64,000 nt of DNA from contig QEVF01000003.1 of the NCBI GenBank assembly GCA_003576915.1, forward strand, positions 113,737 through 177,736, in the 5' to 3' direction. Source of the DNA: Planctomycetota bacterium. Its GTDB lineage: Bacteria > Planctomycetota > UBA8742 > UBA2392. Below the pieces are notes generated by a model, which was not told the DNA's origin, did not search any database, and saw nothing but the letters and a program-made list of their open reading frames with translations. Made by a program: the position numbers and the translations under genes. Of this stretch, positions 10,346 through 20,389 are shown piece after piece; within the stretch, counting starts at the first letter, position 1, and each line of letters opens with the position of its first letter.

Positions 10346-10530
10346 GGAGCGAGATCCCAGAGTCAGGGGCGTGGACGGCACGCCCTACGAAATCTTGGCG
10401 CGGCGGGCTATACTCACGGCCCGAGGCACCGCGGTCAAGGAGTTAACGTACGTTGACGGGTTCAGGGAGTCTTGCGCCGGAGCATGGTTCAATGCCTTTG
10501 GGTCGGGCTTGCGCTGCAAGCGAGGTGAGC

Positions 10531-11994
10531 ATGATTAGGAAAGTACTGCTGGTCGCTTTCTCGCTGGGGCTTCTTTTCTGGGCCGGCTCGCGGGGTCAGG
10601 CGCAGGAAGCTGAGCGCGCCGTTGAGCTGAGGCTGGTGGGGTTGAGCCAGGGTTACACCCGGCCCCTGCGCACCACGAGCGAACGTCTTGGGAAGGTGCC
10701 GGGCCTCAGGGAGGTCAAGGCGATTTCCCATCGGGCCGGCATTACGCGCTTCACGGCGCGGACCGCTCTTTCCAACGATGCGATTGCCGCGGCGCTGGGC
10801 CTGAAGCTTCTCGATGCCCGCGACGGCGCGCTGCTGCTTGCCCCGGCAGCGGCCGGCGAGGCCTGGCGTGCGGAAGCCAGGCTGGTCATCCTGGCGATCA
10901 TGGAGGCCATTCGTGAGCGCCAGCACCGGCAGCGGCGCAACATGTGGGACGAACTGCCCAACCTCTTCCCGTCCGAATCCTCCACAGAACAGGCCCTCAA
11001 GGTCCTCGGCTTTGAGCCCAGGATGCTTGAGGGGCGCTTCTTCAAGCTCAAGGACTACCACATTGAGGAAGAGGCGGGCTGGAACGGCACCTACAAGGTC
11101 TGGGCAGGCGAGCGCTATGCACCGGTGCCCGTGGGCAACCTCTACGACTTTGATTTCAGCAACGCCCAGGGGGAGGAGCCCGATGCCAAGGCCCGCTTCG
11201 TCGGCGCCAGGATGAATTTAAGTTCCTGGGGCGGGGGCTTCTGGTGGGTGGATTTCCACGGGTCTGCACTCAACGGCGTCGAATTTGAGCGTGACGCCAC
11301 GGTCGCCGGCAGCGGCACCCTGGCCGTCCAGGCCGGCGCAGAGCGCATCGTCACGGTGCTTCAGGCTGCCGCGCGCTATCGCTTCAAGGAAGGCGTGGAC
11401 AAGAAGACGAAGGACGAACTTCTCCGGGGCAGCCTGGCCAACTGGCAGTCGAAATCCGAACTGGGCCTGGGCGAGGATTACTGGGACTGCCTGCCCTACT
11501 ACAACGATAACGCGTTTTCCCTGAGCTGGTTCAAGCACGAGCAAACCGGCCATCTGCATGCACGCGTCAAGGCCTTCTATCCCAGCCACGCCCTGCACCT
11601 CGACGGCGACCTGGACGTGGACGCGGCCAAGGCATCCGACTTCAACGTCGAAAAGGTTCCCGTGCGCTGGACTGTGGGCGCCGAAAAGGACGCCAACGTG
11701 TTTGAGCAGCGTCGCGTGGAACTGGCCGCGGGTCTCAAGGTCCTGCGCGATGCCTTGTTCGCGCTTCCGGCCCCGCCTCCGGCCGCGAGCGCGCTCAGCG
11801 GACAGGCCCTCTGCGCCGCGCTTTCGCTGGCGGAAGACAAGCTCAAAGGAGCCCACTTCAGCGCCGCCGATTATTTGCTTTTGCCCCAGATGCTGGGAGA
11901 CTGGGAGATTCGCGCCGGATCTTCTGCCACGGGCGGATCAAGCTGGACGCTGGTCAGTTTCACGTCCAAAACCGATATCCGGAGCTACCGCTGA
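10531..11994 (+). CDS. hypothetical secreted protein
   Basis: ATG at 10531 after AGGTGAG. Signal peptide MIRKVLLVAFSLGLLFWAGSRGQAQEA. Confidence 0.5.
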   Translation: MIRKVLLVAFSLGLLFWAGSRGQAQEAERAVELRLVGLSQGYTRPLRTTSERLGKVPGLREVKAISHRAGITRFTARTALSNDAIAAALGLKLLDARDGALLLAPAAAGEAWRAEARLVILAIMEAIRERQHRQRRNMWDELPNLFPSESSTEQALKVLGFEPRMLEGRFFKLKDYHIEEEAGWNGTYKVWAGERYAPVPVGNLYDFDFSNAQGEEPDAKARFVGARMNLSSWGGGFWWVDFHGSALNGVEFERDATVAGSGTLAVQAGAERIVTVLQAAARYRFKEGVDKKTKDELLRGSLANWQSKSELGLGEDYWDCLPYYNDNAFSLSWFKHEQTGHLHARVKAFYPSHALHLDGDLDVDAAKASDFNVEKVPVRWTVGAEKDANVFEQRRVELAAGLKVLRDALFALPAPPPAASALSGQALCAALSLAEDKLKGAHFSAADYLLLPQMLGDWEIRAGSSATGGSSWTLVSFTSKTDIRSYR

Positions 11995-12422
11995 TGCGTA
12001 CTGCCGCCCTCCTGGCACTGGCCCTTGGCCTCTCGTTCTACTGTGTGGCCTGCGGCGATGATCCTGCTCCAACGCCCCAGCCGCGCCCCGCTCCCTCAAG
12101 CGGGATCATCCCCATGTCGAGTATCAGCGAGGCGCAGAAGGCCGAGGCCATCCAGAACATCGGGCAGCTCAAGGCCGCGCTGCAGAGCCGTTCCGTGACG
12201 CCGTACAATCGCAACCTCGAAAAGCTCTCGCGTGACGTCAGCGGCACGTTGAGCGAGGCCACGGCCCAGAAGCTCGGCTTTGCCAGCGTTCAGGGCTTCA
12301 ACGGCCAGTGGTACAAGGCCTCGGACTACGCCATCGCCTACATGGGCAGCGGCAAGTTCCTGATTACGGCGGGCCAGCTCAACCAGCCCAACTACATCAG
12401 CGAGGAAGTGCTGATCCGCTGA
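11994..12422 (+). CDS. hypothetical lipoprotein
   Basis: Lipobox MRTAALLALALGLSFYCVACGDD. Start overlaps the upstream stop. Confidence 0.5.
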   Translation: MRTAALLALALGLSFYCVACGDDPAPTPQPRPAPSSGIIPMSSISEAQKAEAIQNIGQLKAALQSRSVTPYNRNLEKLSRDVSGTLSEATAQKLGFASVQGFNGQWYKASDYAIAYMGSGKFLITAGQLNQPNYISEEVLIR

Positions 12423-12461
12423 GCGCGTTCTCACACCCATGCAGGTTCTCCCGGAGTCTCC

Positions 12462-14324
12462 TTGAGTCAACTTCTTGCGATGTCCTTTGACGGCCTGGCT
12501 TCGCCGTCCATCACCCTCAAGCCCGAGCGGCGCCAGACCGCGGACCAGCCCTTTGGCTGGGGCTTTGCCTGGTATCCGCGCGGCGACAACGCGGCCGTCG
12601 TGATCAAGGACCCCACCAGCATCGGCGAAAACGCCATGACGAAGGTCCTGCGGGACTGGGAGCGCTTCCAGAGCTGCGTGTTTGTCTGCCATATCCGTGG
12701 TGCCGCGCAACGCATCACCCAGCAGGATACCCACCCCTTTGAGCGCAGCTACGCCGGCCGCGACTGGATCATGGCCCACAATGGAGATCTGGTGGGCGAC
12801 CTGGACGCCACTTTTCCACTGGAGGTGCAGTCGCCCTTTGAGCCCATCGGGCTGACGGATACCGAGCACGTGTTCTGCTGGCTGCTGTCCCAGGTGCGGG
12901 GCATGGGCGCGCGCTGCCTGGCGGACATAGGCTGGCACAAGCTCTATGCCTGGTTCGGCGAACTGAACCGGCACGGCACGGCCAACTTCCTGCTCTCCGA
13001 CGGGCAGGACCTCGTGGTGTACCACGACAAAGACCGCTTCAACGGCCTTCACTGGACAAGGCGGCTGCCGCCCCACGCCAGCTTCAAGCTGGAGAACGAC
13101 GAAGTGCTGCTCGACTTCTCCGACGAAATGGACACCAACCGCACCGTCGTTGTGGTCAGCACCCGTCCCCTGGCCGGAGACGACGGCTGGAAGGCCATGG
13201 AAGGCGGCCAGATGCTGGTCTTGCGCCGCGGCTCCATGGTGTGGAACAGCCAGGGCGCGGCGCTGCAGGGCGTTGTCGGGGCGGGCGATACATCCATTCG
13301 CGCCTCCAAGGCCACAGGTAAGGTGCAGGTGCCCGTGGGGGCGCAGGGCGCGGCACGCAAGCCGCATACAAGGGGGCGGCCCCATTCGGGGCGTCTGCGC
13401 GCCGTAGCCACCGAGCAGCGGGTGTTTGACGTGCTGCACGAAACGGTCTACCGCTATGACACGCCCGTTGAGCGTTCGACGCACGTGTTCCGGCTCAAGC
13501 CCGTGGTTGACCCCGTGCAGCAGCTCATCAGTCACAAGCTCAGCATCAACGTGGACGGGCTGCGCCGCGAGTTCGAAGATGTGTTTGGCAACGCTGCCAC
13601 CAACCTGGAAGTTGAAAGCCCCTTCAAGGAAATGCGAATTGTCTCGCGCTCGCTCGTGCGCGTGAACGGCGCGGGGCTTTCGCTGCAGCGCTCGCCATCG
13701 CGGCGCCTGACCATTCCGCTGGTCTGGATGCCCTGGCAGCGACAGATGATGATGCCCTACCTGCTTCCCCCGGAGTTGCCCGAGACCCAGCTTGCCGAGC
13801 TGTCTGACTTTGCGATGAGCTTCGTCGAGCGCCAGAACTTCGACCTGCTGGAAACGCTGGTCGACATGAACATGACGATTTACCGCGACTTCCGTTATGT
13901 CTCGGGCAGCACCCGGAACGAAACTACGCCCTTTGAGGTTTACACGCAGCGCAAGGGCGTCTGTCAGGACTTTGCCAACCTGCTCATCTGCCTGGCGCGC
14001 CTGCTGAGCATCCCCGCGCGCTATCGCGTCGGCTACATCTACACCGGCGCCAACTACGCCAACAAGGTCCAGAGCGAAGCCAGTCATGCCTGGGCGGAAC
14101 TCTATCTGCCCTGGGTCGGCTGGCGCGGCTTTGATCCCACCAACGGCTGTGTGGTCGGAAGCGACCACGTTCGCGTGGCCTGCGGCCGCAACTACCTTGA
14201 TGCGACGCCAACCAGCGGCACCATCTATGCCGGCGGCGGGCCGGAGACCCTGAGCGTGAACGTGAAAGTCGAGGTGGCCGGCGAGTCAGATCTGGCAGAG
14301 CTTGCGGCCAATGACGAAAGCTGA
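12462..14324 (+). CDS. fusion protein: class-II glutamine amidotransferase-like (YafJ-type) N-domain + Bact_transglu_N + transglutaminase-like core
   Basis: TTG at 12462 with GGAG 5 nt upstream. N-terminus MSQLLAMSF resembles YafJ-type MCELLGMS but has Ser where the nucleophilic Cys sits. Motifs CHIRGA, HPF, HNGDL. Mid-region YRYDTPVERSTHVFRLKP. Transglutaminase triad context GVCQDF, HAWAELYLPWVGW, GFDPTNG. Confidence 0.75.
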   Translation: MSQLLAMSFDGLASPSITLKPERRQTADQPFGWGFAWYPRGDNAAVVIKDPTSIGENAMTKVLRDWERFQSCVFVCHIRGAAQRITQQDTHPFERSYAGRDWIMAHNGDLVGDLDATFPLEVQSPFEPIGLTDTEHVFCWLLSQVRGMGARCLADIGWHKLYAWFGELNRHGTANFLLSDGQDLVVYHDKDRFNGLHWTRRLPPHASFKLENDEVLLDFSDEMDTNRTVVVVSTRPLAGDDGWKAMEGGQMLVLRRGSMVWNSQGAALQGVVGAGDTSIRASKATGKVQVPVGAQGAARKPHTRGRPHSGRLRAVATEQRVFDVLHETVYRYDTPVERSTHVFRLKPVVDPVQQLISHKLSINVDGLRREFEDVFGNAATNLEVESPFKEMRIVSRSLVRVNGAGLSLQRSPSRRLTIPLVWMPWQRQMMMPYLLPPELPETQLAELSDFAMSFVERQNFDLLETLVDMNMTIYRDFRYVSGSTRNETTPFEVYTQRKGVCQDFANLLICLARLLSIPARYRVGYIYTGANYANKVQSEASHAWAELYLPWVGWRGFDPTNGCVVGSDHVRVACGRNYLDATPTSGTIYAGGGPETLSVNVKVEVAGESDLAELAANDES

Positions 14325-16260
14325 CGCGGCCATGCTTCGCGCGCAGAAATCGAGGTTGCAGGCGGCCCTGACGTCTGCCCTAAGTGTTGCCCGCCAGTTG
14401 CGCGGCGGGCGCGTTGCCGACTACATTCCTGAACTGGCCAAGGCCGACCCCGCCAGCCTGGCCTTGGCGGCCTGCACACCCGACGGCGTGGTCTGCGAGC
14501 TGGGCGAGGCTTCGCTCGAATTCACGATTCAGTCCATCAGCAAACCGTTCGTGTACGGGCTGGCGCTGGCCGATCACGGCGTGGAGGCTGTGCACCGGCG
14601 CGTCGGGGTGGAGCCCGCCGGCGACAGTTTCAACTCCATCATCCGCCTGGAGCAGAGCACCAACCGGCCCCACAACCCCATGATCAATGCGGGGGCCATT
14701 GCCGTCACGAGCCTGATCGAGGCACGCGAGGGAAAGCCGCCGCTTCAGCGGCTGCTGGACCTGTTTGCCGCGGCCGCCGGCCGCAAGTCCGTGCAGGTGG
14801 ATTTGCCGGTCTACCTTTCCGAAGCCGCCAGTGGCCACCGCAACCGGGCCATTGCCCACCTGATGAAGCACTTCGGGATGCTGCGCGGCGACATTGACCG
14901 CACGCTGGAGCTCTACTTTCAGCAGTGTTCCGTGCTGGTCAGTTGCCGCGACCTCGCGGTCATGGCCGCTACCCTGGCCAACCAGGGCGTCAACCCGCTG
15001 ACGGGCGAGCGCGTACTGCCCGCCGAGGCGGTCACCCACGTGCTGAACGTGATGTTGACCTGCGGCCTCTATGACTTCGCGGGGCAATTCGCGTTTGAGG
15101 CCGGCATTCCCGCCAAGAGCGGTGTCTGCGGCGGCATCCTGGCGGTGGCCCAGGGCAAAGCCGGGCTGGCCTGCTTCTCGCCCCCGCTGGACGAGCGCGG
15201 CAACAGCCTGCGTGGCCTGGCGGCCATGCGTGAGCTCTCGCAGAGCCTGGGGCTGCACGCCTTTGATGCGCCCCCGGCCCGGCGCCCCTCGACGCGGCAG
15301 GCCGCCATCTCGGCGCGGCCTTCCAGGCGCACGGGCGCGGGTACCGCGCGCCTTGATGCGCTGCTGGCCGAGGTGCATCGCCGCCGGCGCGGCGAGTCCG
15401 GCGGGGCGCCTGCCTCATACATTCCGCAACTGGCTCGGTGTGATGCGCGGCTGTTCGGATTGGCGCTGTGCACGGTGGGGGGCGAAGAAGCAGCCCAGGG
15501 CGACGTGGACGTTCCGTTCACGTTGCAGGCCGCCGCCAATGTGTTCACGTACAGTCTGGCATTGCAGGCGCGGGGCAAGGACGTGGTGCACGGGAAGGTG
15601 GGATTTGAGCCCAGCGGCAATCCGTTCAACGCGATCATCTTTGATCCGCGCACGCAGCGCCCCTTCAACCCCCTCAGCAACGCGGGGGCCATTGCCATAT
15701 GTTCGACGATTCCCGGTCAGGGTGCCACGGCGCGCCTCAATCACCTGCTTGAGGGCATGGGCCGCTTTGCGGGCGAAGACAAGCTGCGCGTGGACCTGCA
15801 GGTCATGCTGGCCGAGCGCCAGGCCGGAGAACGCAACAAGGCCATCGCCTGCCTGCTGCGCAATTTCAACGTGATTGACGACGAAGAAGCGGCACTGGAA
15901 CTCTACTTCCAGCAATGCAGCGTGAGCGTGAATTGCCGGCAGTTGGCGCGCATGGGCGCGGCGCTGGCCGCCGGCGGCGTGAACCCGCGAACCGGGCATG
16001 TCGCGCTCGACGCCGATCACGTCAAACGCGTGCTCGCCCTCATGTACATGTGCGGCCTTCATGACGGCTCGGGGCAGTTCGCATTTGACGTGGGCATGCC
16101 GGCCAAGAGCGGCATCTCGGGCGGGCTGGTGGCAGTCGTTCCCGGCCAGTTCGCAGTGGCCGCCTTTTCTCCCCCCGTCGATGCCAAGGGCACCAGCGTG
16201 CGCGGAGCTCTGGCCCTGCACGACATTTCGGCGGCCTTGAGGGTGGGCTTGTTTGCCTGA
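14302..16260 (+). CDS. glsA: tandem-duplicated glutaminase (two GlsA-like domains in one 652-aa protein)
   Basis: Domain 1 has DYIPELAKAD and QSISKPFVYGLAL (Ser-x-x-Lys). Domain 2 has SYIPQLARCD and QAAANVFTYSLAL (Ser-x-x-Lys lost). The two halves align residue by residue. Confidence 0.85.
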   Translation: MRPMTKADAAMLRAQKSRLQAALTSALSVARQLRGGRVADYIPELAKADPASLALAACTPDGVVCELGEASLEFTIQSISKPFVYGLALADHGVEAVHRRVGVEPAGDSFNSIIRLEQSTNRPHNPMINAGAIAVTSLIEAREGKPPLQRLLDLFAAAAGRKSVQVDLPVYLSEAASGHRNRAIAHLMKHFGMLRGDIDRTLELYFQQCSVLVSCRDLAVMAATLANQGVNPLTGERVLPAEAVTHVLNVMLTCGLYDFAGQFAFEAGIPAKSGVCGGILAVAQGKAGLACFSPPLDERGNSLRGLAAMRELSQSLGLHAFDAPPARRPSTRQAAISARPSRRTGAGTARLDALLAEVHRRRRGESGGAPASYIPQLARCDARLFGLALCTVGGEEAAQGDVDVPFTLQAAANVFTYSLALQARGKDVVHGKVGFEPSGNPFNAIIFDPRTQRPFNPLSNAGAIAICSTIPGQGATARLNHLLEGMGRFAGEDKLRVDLQVMLAERQAGERNKAIACLLRNFNVIDDEEAALELYFQQCSVSVNCRQLARMGAALAAGGVNPRTGHVALDADHVKRVLALMYMCGLHDGSGQFAFDVGMPAKSGISGGLVAVVPGQFAVAAFSPPVDAKGTSVRGALALHDISAALRVGLFA

Positions 16261-16442
16261 CGCGGCTGGAGCATTTTCAGGGGTTTTCTTCAGGCACGGG
16301 CTTGCGGCGAACCGCGTCGGGTCGTGTTCGCCTCGCCGCGCATGGCTCTTGGCATGCTATCGGCCCGGCTGCCTTGCCCGACTCGCCCGGCGCAACGCGA
16401 TTGCTCTGAAGACAAACCCTTAAACTGCTCTATATTTCGCCC

Positions 16443-17084
16443 ATGCTTTCCACATTCATCTCGGTCAAGACACGGCTGCCTGACCTCTGCACCGAGGTGT
16501 GGAGCTATGCGCTGGAGCTGCGCCGGGGAGGCGACCCCGGCGGCGCCGCGGCCGTCAAGAGCAAGGTCAGCAGCCTGTTTCGGCTGCTGGACAAGCAGGC
16601 CAAGCTGGCGCAGGTCGAGCAGGGGGACCTCCAGCAGGCCAAGTATGCCCTCTGCGCTCAGATCGACGAGATCGTGATGTCATCGGGCTGGCCCTGGCGC
16701 GACAACTTCGCGCCGCTGTGCGTCGAGTATTACGGCGACGCCGCCGCCGGCGAGAACTTCTTCCAGCGCCTCGAGACCTTCCGCCATTCCACGGAGACGC
16801 GCCGCCGCGACCTGCTCGAGGTGTTCTACATCTGCTTAGCCCTCGGTTTTCAGGGCAGGTACTCCGACACCCGGGGTCTCGAGCAGCGCAAGGCCCTCCT
16901 GGACGGCATCAGCCGCGAACTTTGCGGCGAATCCGCGCGCCCCCTTAGCGTGCAGGTGACCTCGCCCGACCCCCTGCCCGGGCCGCGTACCCCGCGCCCA
17001 CTCTGGATCGTACCGGCACTTTGCCTGCTGGCCGTGGGCGCGCTCTATGCCGCGCTGTCCTGGGCCCTGGGAACGACGGCATGA
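16443..17084 (+). CDS. tssL: DotU/TssL-family membrane protein
   Basis: DotU signature region DEIVMSSGWPWRDNFAPLCVEYYG and RRDLLEVFYICLALGFQGRY. C-terminal TM helix LWIVPALCLLAVGALYAAL. Confidence 0.8.
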   Translation: MLSTFISVKTRLPDLCTEVWSYALELRRGGDPGGAAAVKSKVSSLFRLLDKQAKLAQVEQGDLQQAKYALCAQIDEIVMSSGWPWRDNFAPLCVEYYGDAAAGENFFQRLETFRHSTETRRRDLLEVFYICLALGFQGRYSDTRGLEQRKALLDGISRELCGESARPLSVQVTSPDPLPGPRTPRPLWIVPALCLLAVGALYAALSWALGTTA

Positions 17085-20000
17085 ATCTGCGCGCCCTGAT
17101 TTCAGCGTTTATCAAGGAAGGCGGCATCGGACTGGCCGTGATCGTGCTGCTGGTGATGATGGTCTTGGTCGGCGGCGATTACTTCGAGCTTGAGCCCCGC
17201 CTGACGCAGGCGCTGATGGCGGGCATCGTGTTCGCAGGTCTCGCGATTTACGCGGCGAGGCGCATCATGGCCCGCCGCCAGGCGCGCAAACTGACGTCAA
17301 AGTTCATGGAGCTGGCGGCCGAGGACGCCGATGCCACCTTGGGCGAGCGCAAGGCCCGGCAGCAGGAGATTGCGTCTCTGCTTCGTGAGGGCGTGGCCGC
17401 CCTGCGCCTGTCGGAGCAGGGAGAGCAGGCCGTCACCCGCCTTCCGTGGTATCTCGTCATCGGCCCCGCCGGAGCCGGCAAGAGCACACTGCTGGAGGCT
17501 TCCGGCCAGAACTTCGCGCCGCTGGGCCGCGCACGCAGGCCGGTCACCGAGGCCGGCACCACGCGCGACCTGGACTGGTGGGTTGGCGGCCAGGGCGTGT
17601 TTCTGGATGTGCCCGGCCGCTACATCTCAGATGCCAGTGCTCCCTTTGAGTGGCCGGCCTTTGTCAGCGCTTTGAAGGAAACACGTGCCCAGGCGCCGGT
17701 TTCAGGGGTGCTGGTCGTCATACCCCTGCCCGAGATTCTCGCGTTGAAAAACGACGAGTTGGAACCCTGGGCCAAGAACATCCGCGACCGCCTCGATGAA
17801 CTCAGCGGCCAGTGCCGCTGGGTGTTTCCCGTTTATGTGGTCTTCAGCAAGTGTGACTGTGTCAAGGGCTTCGATGCCGCGTTCTCGAATCTGGCGACGG
17901 AGGGGCGCCGGCAGGCTTTTGGCGCCACGCTTCCCTTTGCCATCGACGAGAACCGAAACTACCGCACCATCTTTCATGACGAGTGCAACCGCCTCAGCGA
18001 GCCCCTGCGCCTTCAGGTTCTTGCCTCCCTGGCCCAGGATCTACCCGCAGCGCTCAAGGAAAGCATGGCGCTTTTCCCGCGGCAGTTCTTTCTGGCCCAG
18101 CGCCGCATGGGTGAAGTGCTGGGACCCGTCTTCCGACCCAACCCGTTCATTGAGACGGGCCTGCTGCGCGGCTTCTACTTCACCAGCGCCACCCAGGGCG
18201 GAGCCCTGCATGACCTGGTGTCTGAGCGGGTGGAGCCACGGCCCGTTCCCGTTGAAACGGCGGCGTTTTTCGTGGAGCAGATCTTCGCCGATGTGCTGCC
18301 GCCCGACCGTTTTCTGGCGCGCCTTTCCCTCAAAGAATCGCAGCGCAGACGCGTCCTTTCCACGGCGCTGGCCGCGGCCAGCCTGCTGCTGGCCCTGATG
18401 GTCTCGGCGGGCATGGCCCTTGCCTTCAGCGAGCGCCGCCAGAGCATCGTTTCGCTGGCGCAGGCGCGCGCCCATCCCGACCCCCTTGCGCGCATGGATG
18501 CCCTGCGCGATGCCCTGCTGCAGGCCGAGGGTAACCGCTCGCCTGTCACCCGCATGTTTGTTTTCAGCGGGGACCCCGAGGGCCGCGCCCTGGGCGAGGC
18601 GCGACAGGAATACCATCAGGCCCTGCGCGCCCATGTCATTCAACCCGCGGCTGACACCCTGGCGGCGGAAATCCAGCGCCTGAGGGATCAGCAAGTCCGA
18701 TCCATCGCTGATTACGACCGCATGCTGGCTGCATTTTCGGCCCTGCGTGCCCTTGCCGGCCGCGGCGACCTGAACGCGGAGGCCCTGCGCCCGGAACTTG
18801 AGCGCACCCTGGCATTGCTGGCTCCGCAAGCGGCCACACGCGAGATTCTCTTCCGGCAGTCGGACTATCTGCTGGCGCGGCCGGGAGAGCTGGCTTCCTG
18901 CCGTGCGCAGATCGCAAGCGGCCTGCTGGAGATCGTCGATCGCGAGTTGCGCGGGGCACTCTGGATTGAGGCGGCCTTTGCCGAAGTCCTGCGCGAGGCG
19001 CCCGCTGACCTTCCCGCCGTGAATCTGGAAGACCTTGTCGCTTCTCCCGGCCGCAGTTACCTCGCGCTGGGGCAGCCCGTGCCTGGCCTCTACACCCAGC
19101 GCGGCTACGACACGTACGCGGGGCCCGCCATGGCATCGCGGGCCCGGGAGATTGCGAGGCGCTATGGGGCGCTGGGCGAAAACAGGCCCGCCTGGAGTGT
19201 CGAGGCTTCATTGACAGACTACTACGCCGACGCCTACGCCCGGGCCTGGGATGATGCCCAGGCGTCGTTTGCGGTGGCTGACTTCGCCTCACTGAGCGAC
19301 TGCGCTGCGGGTCTGAAGCACCTGACAGGGCCGGATTCGGCCATGCGCGAGCTCATGGTTTCGCTGCGCGCAGGGCGCACGCTGCTGCTCAAGAACGGGA
19401 CGCAGCGCAACGCCGCCGGCGACGACCTGAAGTGGCTTGATTCCGGGCTGAGTCAGCTCAGGACAGTTCAGACGGCCCTGGAGGCCATGTTGCAGCGCAC
19501 CCATGCGGGTTCCCACCTGATGGAGTACCTGGCCCAGGAAAAATTGGACGCGCTGCTGGATACTCTCAACGGTGTGGCCCGCGGCATGGAGGATGTGGTG
19601 GCGGCGGCGCCCCGCGAGTCTCGCGGCCGCATGGGCGCCGTGCTTTCCGCCCTGCTTGGGGGAGTTATCCGAGAACTGCGCGAGGCGGCACTGGCCGAGG
19701 CCGGCGAAGTCTGGAGGGCAAGCGTGGCTTCGACATGGCGGTTGGACCTCGCGCCTTACTATCCGTTCAACGCCGAGAGCGTAAGCGAGGCCTCCCCTGG
19801 GACGGTTTCGCGCCTGCTCAATCCCAAGAACGGCAACCTGTGGGTGGCCCTGGCCCAAATGGAAAAGCTCCGTGCCAAGGCGGTCAACGGTCGGCCCCTG
19901 CTGGAGTACGGCCCGGAGTTCAGCGCTGCCCTGGAGCGTGCCGCCAGACTGCGTGACCTGCTTTTCGATGGAGGCGAGACGCTGAGCGTGCCCTTCTCGG

Positions 20001-20389
20001 TGGTGTTTGACCGGGGCGAAGGCGTGTCCGATGTGGGCTTCACGCTCGGCGACAAGTCCGTCACCTACACCGACCTGGGCACGAAGGCCGCCGAGTTTGC
20101 CTGGACGGAGTCCATGGCCCCCGGCGTACGCATTCAGGCCCGCGTGGGGCAGTCGCTGTGGCTGACCCGGTCCTACCCTGCGCAGAAGTGGGCGATCGTG
20201 AGGCTCTTCAGCGATGCCAGGCGAACCCCGGTGGGCGAGCAGCGCGTCAAGTGCGCCTGGGTCTTCACGCAGGTGCTGGGGACCCGAAACTTGAGCTTCA
20301 TGGCCTATGCCGAGTTCGAGTTCCGATCCGGGGTGGCCTTTGACCCCGCGCTCTTCACTGAACTCAAGTTGCCCGAGACCATGCGCTAG
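17081..20389 (+). CDS. tssM: IcmF/TssM-family inner-membrane NTPase
   Basis: ATG overlaps the tssL stop (ATGA). N-terminal TM helices, Walker A LVIGPAGAGKSTLLEASG, a third TM helix, then a ~700-aa periplasmic region. Size and topology are typical of TssM. Confidence 0.85.
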   Translation: MNLRALISAFIKEGGIGLAVIVLLVMMVLVGGDYFELEPRLTQALMAGIVFAGLAIYAARRIMARRQARKLTSKFMELAAEDADATLGERKARQQEIASLLREGVAALRLSEQGEQAVTRLPWYLVIGPAGAGKSTLLEASGQNFAPLGRARRPVTEAGTTRDLDWWVGGQGVFLDVPGRYISDASAPFEWPAFVSALKETRAQAPVSGVLVVIPLPEILALKNDELEPWAKNIRDRLDELSGQCRWVFPVYVVFSKCDCVKGFDAAFSNLATEGRRQAFGATLPFAIDENRNYRTIFHDECNRLSEPLRLQVLASLAQDLPAALKESMALFPRQFFLAQRRMGEVLGPVFRPNPFIETGLLRGFYFTSATQGGALHDLVSERVEPRPVPVETAAFFVEQIFADVLPPDRFLARLSLKESQRRRVLSTALAAASLLLALMVSAGMALAFSERRQSIVSLAQARAHPDPLARMDALRDALLQAEGNRSPVTRMFVFSGDPEGRALGEARQEYHQALRAHVIQPAADTLAAEIQRLRDQQVRSIADYDRMLAAFSALRALAGRGDLNAEALRPELERTLALLAPQAATREILFRQSDYLLARPGELASCRAQIASGLLEIVDRELRGALWIEAAFAEVLREAPADLPAVNLEDLVASPGRSYLALGQPVPGLYTQRGYDTYAGPAMASRAREIARRYGALGENRPAWSVEASLTDYYADAYARAWDDAQASFAVADFASLSDCAAGLKHLTGPDSAMRELMVSLRAGRTLLLKNGTQRNAAGDDLKWLDSGLSQLRTVQTALEAMLQRTHAGSHLMEYLAQEKLDALLDTLNGVARGMEDVVAAAPRESRGRMGAVLSALLGGVIRELREAALAEAGEVWRASVASTWRLDLAPYYPFNAESVSEASPGTVSRLLNPKNGNLWVALAQMEKLRAKAVNGRPLLEYGPEFSAALERAARLRDLLFDGGETLSVPFSVVFDRGEGVSDVGFTLGDKSVTYTDLGTKAAEFAWTESMAPGVRIQARVGQSLWLTRSYPAQKWAIVRLFSDARRTPVGEQRVKCAWVFTQVLGTRNLSFMAYAEFEFRSGVAFDPALFTELKLPETMR

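Noticed and set aside
7134-10456. Several long + strand ORFs (213, 263, 209, 554 aa) across the secA region
   Set aside because: They are antisense to secA, whose identity is unambiguous, and show Arg/Gly/Ala-biased, low-complexity translations.
12096-14168. 690-aa minus-strand ORF
   Set aside because: It is antisense to the GATase-transglutaminase fusion, which has clear motifs, and has no recognisable domains.
14380-16221. 332-, 209-, 128- and 268-aa ORFs overlapping the glutaminase gene
   Set aside because: They are antisense or out of frame relative to the duplicated-glutaminase reading frame and have Arg/Ala/Gly-rich composition.
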